NCBI GenBank assembly: GCA_040905425.1
Contig: JBBDRO010000015.1
Span: 1 to 22,295, forward strand
Direction of reading: 5' to 3'
Length of the DNA: 22,295 nucleotides
Source of the DNA: Gemmatimonadota bacterium
GTDB taxonomy: Bacteria > Gemmatimonadota > Gemmatimonadetes > Longimicrobiales > RSA9
The position numbers and the translations under genes are program-made. The notes beneath the pieces are model-generated. The model saw nothing but the letters and a program-made list of their open reading frames with translations, searched no databases and was not told the origin of the DNA. This document shows positions 17,424-22,295 of this stretch, in pieces. Numbering within the stretch: position 1 is the stretch's first letter; every line of letters starts with the position of its first letter.

Positions 17424-18794
17424 ATGGGGGAGCTGCGCGCCATCTATCCGCCGGAGCGGCTCTACGTGGACCCCGCCCGGCTGGCAGCCTTCGAATCGGA
17501 CGGCCTCACCGCCTTCGCGGTCACGCCGCGCGCGGTGGTCGTGGCGGAATCCACCGGGGAGGTCATCCGGACGGTGCGTCTGTGCCACGCGCACGGCGTC
17601 CCGTTCGTGGCCCGCGGGAGCGGCACCAGCCTCTCGGGCGGCTCGCTGCCGGTGGCGGAGGGGATCGTGATTGCCCTGAACCGCCTGAACCGCATCCTGG
17701 TGCTGGATCCGGAGCGCCGGGTGGCCGTGGTGGAGCCCGGCGTGCTCAACCTGCAGGTCACCCGGGCCGCCGCGCCGCACGGGCTCCACTACGCTCCCGA
17801 CCCCTCCAGCCAGCAGATCTGCACCATCGGCGGCAACGTGGCCTTCAACTCCGGCGGCGCCCACTGCCTGAAGTACGGCATGACGGCCAATCATGTGCTG
17901 GGGCTGAAGGCGGTGCTGGCCGACGGTCAGGTGGTGGAGCTGGGCGGTGCCAGCCTGGAGGGCATCGGCCCCGACTGGACAGGCCTCTTCGTGGGCTCGG
18001 AGGGCCTCTTCGGTGTGGCGCTCGAGATCACGCTCAGGCTGCTCCCACCGGCCGAGGAGTTCCACACGCTGCTGGCCGGCTACGCCACCATCGAGGCGGC
18101 GGGGGACGCGGTGGCGCGCATCGTGGCGAGCGGCCTGCTGCCGGGGGCCATGGAGATCATGGACGCCCTGGCCATCGAGGCGGCCGTGGCGGCCGTCCAG
18201 AGCACTTATCCGCCGGGCGCCGAGGCCGTCCTCATCGTGGAGCTGGAGGGCGCGCACGATCTCATCGCGGCCGAGCGCGGGCAGCTCGAGGCGCTGATCC
18301 GGGACTCGGGTGCCATTGACGTGCACGTGGCGGCGTCGGCCGCCGAGCGGGCCATGATCTGGCAGGGGCGCAAGAGCGCCTTCTCCGCCGTGGGTCGGCT
18401 GAGCCCGGACTTCATCGTACAGGACGGCGTGGTGCCGCGCGGCAGTCTGGGCCGCGCGCTGCGGCGCATCGGCGAGCTGGCGGCGGAGCACGGGCTGCGG
18501 GTGGCCAACGTGTTCCACGCCGGGGACGGCAACCTCCACCCGTTGATTCTCTATGACGGGCAGCGGGAGGGGGAGCTGGAGCGGGCCGAGGCGCTGGCCG
18601 GCCACATCCTGCGCATGTGCATCGAGCTGGGCGGCTCCATCACCGGTGAGCACGGCGTGGGCATGGAGAAGCGGGACTTCCTGCCGCTCATGTTCAGCGC
18701 CGACTCCCTGGACGCCTGCCGCCGCATCCACGCGGCGCTGGACCCGCGACAGGTGGCCAACCGGGGCAAGATGTTCCCGCCGGTGACCCCGTGA
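17424..18794 (+). CDS. glcD: Glycolate oxidase subunit GlcD-like FAD-linked oxidase
   Basis: 456 aa; [69 protein letters not shown]. Confidence 0.92.
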   Translation: MGELRAIYPPERLYVDPARLAAFESDGLTAFAVTPRAVVVAESTGEVIRTVRLCHAHGVPFVARGSGTSLSGGSLPVAEGIVIALNRLNRILVLDPERRVAVVEPGVLNLQVTRAAAPHGLHYAPDPSSQQICTIGGNVAFNSGGAHCLKYGMTANHVLGLKAVLADGQVVELGGASLEGIGPDWTGLFVGSEGLFGVALEITLRLLPPAEEFHTLLAGYATIEAAGDAVARIVASGLLPGAMEIMDALAIEAAVAAVQSTYPPGAEAVLIVELEGAHDLIAAERGQLEALIRDSGAIDVHVAASAAERAMIWQGRKSAFSAVGRLSPDFIVQDGVVPRGSLGRALRRIGELAAEHGLRVANVFHAGDGNLHPLILYDGQREGELERAEALAGHILRMCIELGGSITGEHGVGMEKRDFLPLMFSADSLDACRRIHAALDPRQVANRGKMFPPVTP

Positions 18795-19879
18795 CCACGC
18801 TCCGGCCGACCAGCGTGGAGGATGTGGTCGAGGCGGTGCGGGCGAACGAAAGCGTGGTGCCGCACGGTCAGCGCACCAAGGCCCCGCTCGTGGCGGTGCA
18901 CGGCGCCGCCGTGGGGCTGGACATGCGCGGCCTGAGCGGGGTGAGCCAGTACGACGCCGGGGAATTCACCTTCACGGCGCTGGCCGGCACGCCGCTAGCC
19001 GAGCTCGAGACGCTGCTCGCCGCGCACGGGCAGTACATGCCGTTCGATCCGCCGCTCGCTGACGCAGGCGCCACCCTGGGCGGCTCGGTGGCGGCCGGCC
19101 TGAACGGCTCGGGCAGGCTGCGCTACGGCGGTGTGCGGGACTTCATCATCGGCGTGGCCTTCGTGGACGGTACCGGGCGCCTGGTGCACGGCGGCGGGCG
19201 CGTGGTCAAGAACGCGGCCGGCTTCGACCTCCCCAAGCTCATGGTGGGCAGCATGGGCAGACTGGGGGTGCTGACGGAGCTCAGCTTCAAGGTGTTCCCC
19301 GCCCCGCCGGCGTGGTGCACGCTGCGCGTGGCGTGCACGGATCTGGAGGACGCGCTGGACCGGATCGGCGCGCTCGGCCGCATGCCCCTCGACCTGGAGG
19401 CCCTGGACCTGGAGCCGCCCGCCCGGCTGGTGATCCGCGTGTCCGGCCGGGAGGACGCCCTGGCAACCCACGCGCGCCGTGTGGGTGAGGCCACCGGGCG
19501 CCCGTACGACATCCTCACCGGTGCGGAGGACGCCAGCTACTGGCGCACCCAGCGGGCGTTCGCCTGGGTCGAGCCCGGGGCGTGGCTGATCAAGGTGCCG
19601 CTCACGCCACGCCAGGTGCCCGAACTGGAAACCGAACTGGCTCGGCAGGATGTCCCGCGGCGCTATGGCGTGGCCGCGAACGTGGCATGGCTCTCGTGGC
19701 CCGCGGAGCGCCCCCTGACCGAGCTGTCGCTGAACGGTCTGGCCGGCCTGGTGGTGCGTGGCCCGGAGCTGCGGGGCGCCTCCCCGTGGGTTGGCCTGCC
19801 CGCGGCCGCCGCCGCGCCGTTCGCGCGCGCCGTCAAGGGCGCCCTCGATCCCCGGCAGCGCCTGCCGGCGCTGGTCTGA
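18791..19879 (+). CDS. glcE: Glycolate oxidase subunit GlcE-like FAD-binding protein
   Basis: 362 aa; [62 protein letters not shown] overlap with glcD. Confidence 0.9.
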   Translation: MTTLRPTSVEDVVEAVRANESVVPHGQRTKAPLVAVHGAAVGLDMRGLSGVSQYDAGEFTFTALAGTPLAELETLLAAHGQYMPFDPPLADAGATLGGSVAAGLNGSGRLRYGGVRDFIIGVAFVDGTGRLVHGGGRVVKNAAGFDLPKLMVGSMGRLGVLTELSFKVFPAPPAWCTLRVACTDLEDALDRIGALGRMPLDLEALDLEPPARLVIRVSGREDALATHARRVGEATGRPYDILTGAEDASYWRTQRAFAWVEPGAWLIKVPLTPRQVPELETELARQDVPRRYGVAANVAWLSWPAERPLTELSLNGLAGLVVRGPELRGASPWVGLPAAAAAPFARAVKGALDPRQRLPALV

Positions 19880-19893
19880 CTACGGGCAACACC

Positions 19894-21213
19894 ATGCAGC
19901 ACCATATCCCCATCCAGGATCTCGGACCGAACGGCTCCGGCATGGCCGCGGCCGTCACGGCGTGCGTCCACTGCGGCTTCTGCCTGCCGTCCTGTCCCAC
20001 GTACCAGGAACTGGGGCAGGAGATGGACTCGCCCCGCGGCCGCATCGTCCTCATGAAGGGGGTGCTCGAGGGCAGCCTGGACGCGGCCGACGCCAGCTTG
20101 CACATCGATCGCTGCCTGGGGTGCATGGCGTGCGAGACCGCCTGCCCGTCGGGGGTGGCTTATCACGAGCTCCTGCTGCCCTACCGCGCGGCGCGGGCCG
20201 CTGACGCCCGGCGACCGATTGTCGAGCGCCTGCGGCGCTGGCTGACGCTGCGCACCCTGCCCCATCCGGGTCGCTTCCGCCTGGCGGTGCGCGTTGGCGG
20301 CCTGCTGCGCCGGCTCCGGCCGCTCACGCCCGCACCACTCCGCCCCATGCTGGACCTCCTCCCGGACGCCCTGCCGGCGCCGGACAGGCTGCCGCCGGTG
20401 AGCGCCGCCGTGGGTGCGCGCCGCGCGCGGGTGGCGCTCCTCACCGGGTGCGTGCAGCAGGCCCTGGAGCCGGTCATCAACCGCGCCACGGTGGACGTCC
20501 TGACGCGCAACGGGGTGGAGGTGGTGGTGCCGGAGCGGCAGGGCTGCTGCGGTGGCCTGGCCTGGCACATCGGGGAGGCCGACGCGGCGCGCGGCTCCGC
20601 GGCGGGACTCCTCGCGGCCTTTCCCGAGGATGTGGACGCCGTCGTGGTCAACGCGGCCGGCTGCGGCTCGGCCATGCGCGAGTATCCGCTCATGTTCGCC
20701 GGGCGGCCGGAGGAAGAGGCGGCGCACGCCCTGGCCGGGCGCACCCTGGACGTGTCCGTCTTTCTGGACCGCCTGGGGATCCAGCCACCTCCCCCGCTCG
20801 CCGCACCGCTGAGCGTGGCCTACCACGACGCCTGTCACCTCTGCCACGCGCAACAGGTGCGCGCCGAGCCCCGCCGGCTGCTGACCGCCATCGAGGGTCT
20901 GGAGCTGCTCGAGCTGGAGGACGGTGAGCTGTGCTGCGGCTCGGCCGGCACCTACAACATCGACCAGCCCGCCATCGCCGCCAACCTCGGGCGCAGGAAG
21001 GCGGCCGCCGTGCGGCGCACCGGCTGTGACCTGGTGGCCACCGGCAACATCGGCTGCATGGTCCAGGTGCGCAGCCATCTGAGCGCCCCCGGCCAGCCGG
21101 CCGCGCCCCCCGTGGTGCACACCATGCAGCTGCTGGCGGCGGCCTACGCCGGTGACCTGCGGGTGGACCGGGACCATCCCGGGCCACCGGCATCACACGC
21201 CGGGGAATCATGA
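19894..21213 (+). CDS. glcF: Glycolate oxidase iron-sulfur subunit GlcF-like
   Basis: ATG at 19894; two 4Fe-4S motifs (CVHCGFCLPSCP, CLGCMACETACP), DSPRGRI, two CCG domains, YHDACHL. Confidence 0.92.
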   Translation: MQHHIPIQDLGPNGSGMAAAVTACVHCGFCLPSCPTYQELGQEMDSPRGRIVLMKGVLEGSLDAADASLHIDRCLGCMACETACPSGVAYHELLLPYRAARAADARRPIVERLRRWLTLRTLPHPGRFRLAVRVGGLLRRLRPLTPAPLRPMLDLLPDALPAPDRLPPVSAAVGARRARVALLTGCVQQALEPVINRATVDVLTRNGVEVVVPERQGCCGGLAWHIGEADAARGSAAGLLAAFPEDVDAVVVNAAGCGSAMREYPLMFAGRPEEEAAHALAGRTLDVSVFLDRLGIQPPPPLAAPLSVAYHDACHLCHAQQVRAEPRRLLTAIEGLELLELEDGELCCGSAGTYNIDQPAIAANLGRRKAAAVRRTGCDLVATGNIGCMVQVRSHLSAPGQPAAPPVVHTMQLLAAAYAGDLRVDRDHPGPPASHAGES

Positions 21214-22091
21214 GCCAGGCCTTTCGACTTCATCCGGGCGCCCATCCCGGCCGCGTGCGGCTCCAGGTGGCGGAGCTCGAGCGCTCCGTGGCGTTCTACC
21301 AGGGGGTGCTCGGCCTCGCGGTGCTCACGCGTGAGGAACAGCACGCCTCCATAGGCGCGGCGGGCGCCGCCACGCCGCTCGTGGAACTGCGCGAGCGCCC
21401 GGGGGCCGCCCCCGTGGCGCCGCAGGGGCGCCTGGGCCTCTACCACTTCGCGCTCCTGCTCCCCGACCGGGGCGCACTCGGTGCGTTCATCACGCATCTG
21501 AGCGCCCGGGGCGTGCGCGCCGGCGCGGCGGATCATCGGGTGAGCGAGGCGCTCTATCTGCAGGACCCGGACGGACTCGGCATCGAGGTCTACGCCGACC
21601 GCCCGCGCACGGAGTGGCGCTATGAGAACGGACAACTCCTCATGGCCACGAATCCGCTCGACGTGGCGGACATCGTGGCCGCCGCCGGGGGCCGGCGCTG
21701 GGACGGCATGCCGGCGGGCACCACCATGGGCCACATCCACCTGCACGTGGGTTATCTGGAGGAGGCCGCGGCCTTCTACCGCGATGGCCTCGGGCTGGAG
21801 GCCACGGTGTGGAGCTACCCGGGCGCGCTCTTCCTCTCGGCGGGCGGCTACCATCACCATCTCGGGCTGAACACCTGGGCCACAGGCGCCCCACCCCCCG
21901 GAGAGGAAGACGCCCGCCTGCTCGACTGGGAGATGCTGATTCCCGACAGCGAAGGCGTGGCGGCGGCCGCAGCCAACCTGCGGGCGGGCGGCCATGCCGT
22001 GGAGCCCGCGGAGGACGGCGTACTGGCGCGCGACCCGTGGGGCACGACGCTCCGTCTCCGCGCGGAGGCTACGGAGGCGCCGGGGGCATGA
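21210..22091 (+). CDS. Two-domain VOC family protein, CatE (catechol 2,3-dioxygenase)-like
   Basis: 293 aa; LYHFALLLP, DHRVSEALYLQDPDGLGIEVYAD, GHIHLHV, GGYHHHLGLNTW. ATGA overlap with glcF. Confidence 0.88.
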   Translation: MSQAFRLHPGAHPGRVRLQVAELERSVAFYQGVLGLAVLTREEQHASIGAAGAATPLVELRERPGAAPVAPQGRLGLYHFALLLPDRGALGAFITHLSARGVRAGAADHRVSEALYLQDPDGLGIEVYADRPRTEWRYENGQLLMATNPLDVADIVAAAGGRRWDGMPAGTTMGHIHLHVGYLEEAAAFYRDGLGLEATVWSYPGALFLSAGGYHHHLGLNTWATGAPPPGEEDARLLDWEMLIPDSEGVAAAAANLRAGGHAVEPAEDGVLARDPWGTTLRLRAEATEAPGA

Positions 22092-22240
22092 GCACCTGCA
22101 GGACCTCGAAGCGGCGGTCCCCGCGGGGGTGCGCGTCGCGCAGCATGAGCGCGGCGATCCGGCCGAGGAGTCGCGTGCGCTGCCAGCCGCCCGCGCCTTG
22201 ACGCACACCGGCAGCCGCGCCCGCCCGGCCACGTAGGCGG

Positions 22241-22295
22241 CTACGCCAGCTCCCCGGCCCGCGCCATCCGGCCCATGTGCTCGGCGGCGCGGAAC
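22241..22295 (-). CDS. C-terminal end of a convergent gene, possibly a GMC-family oxidoreductase (partial)
   Basis: FRAAEHMGRMARAGELA* (TAG at 22243-22241) resembles the terminal helix of GMC flavoproteins; only 17 codons are visible. Confidence 0.35.
   Translation of the reverse strand, partial: FRAAEHMGRMARAGELA

Noticed and set aside
22069..22206. 45-aa minus-strand ORF (MRQGAGGWQRTRLLGRIAALMLRDAHPRGDRRFEVLQVLMPPAPP)
   Set aside because: Codon usage looks coding-like, but there is no clear RBS or recognisable motif and it overlaps the VOC 3' end; insufficient support.
1..22295. CRISPR array, transposase or integrase
   Set aside because: No regularly spaced repeats and no ORF with recombinase or transposase motifs seen.

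Overview
High-GC bacterial window with two parts. Left (1-~7190): a minus-strand heavy-metal cassette encoding a CmtR-type ArsR regulator, a Cys-rich exported peptide ending in RPP, and a CzcC/CzcB/CzcA-type RND efflux system. It is followed by a truncated, nonsense-interrupted P1B-ATPase remnant. Its right boundary is the 3' fragment of a tRNA (Ser-like), which looks like the att junction of an integrated element. Right (~7590-22295): a divergent locus. The minus arm encodes an unusual 1514-aa in-frame fusion (12-TM MFS transporter, internal signal-like helix, ThuA-like domain, PVC-type beta-propeller dehydrogenase domain, helical repeats, no heme motif) followed by an azurin/auracyanin-like blue copper protein. 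The plus arm is a tightly packed operon: cupin, Tm-1-like (UPF0261) ATP-binding protein, PEP-hydrolase-like TIM barrel, TonB-dependent receptor, glcDEF-type oxidase and a CatE-like VOC protein. This divergent locus is the best candidate for an undescribed uptake/oxidation/catabolism system. All family assignments come from motif recognition by eye, not database searches.
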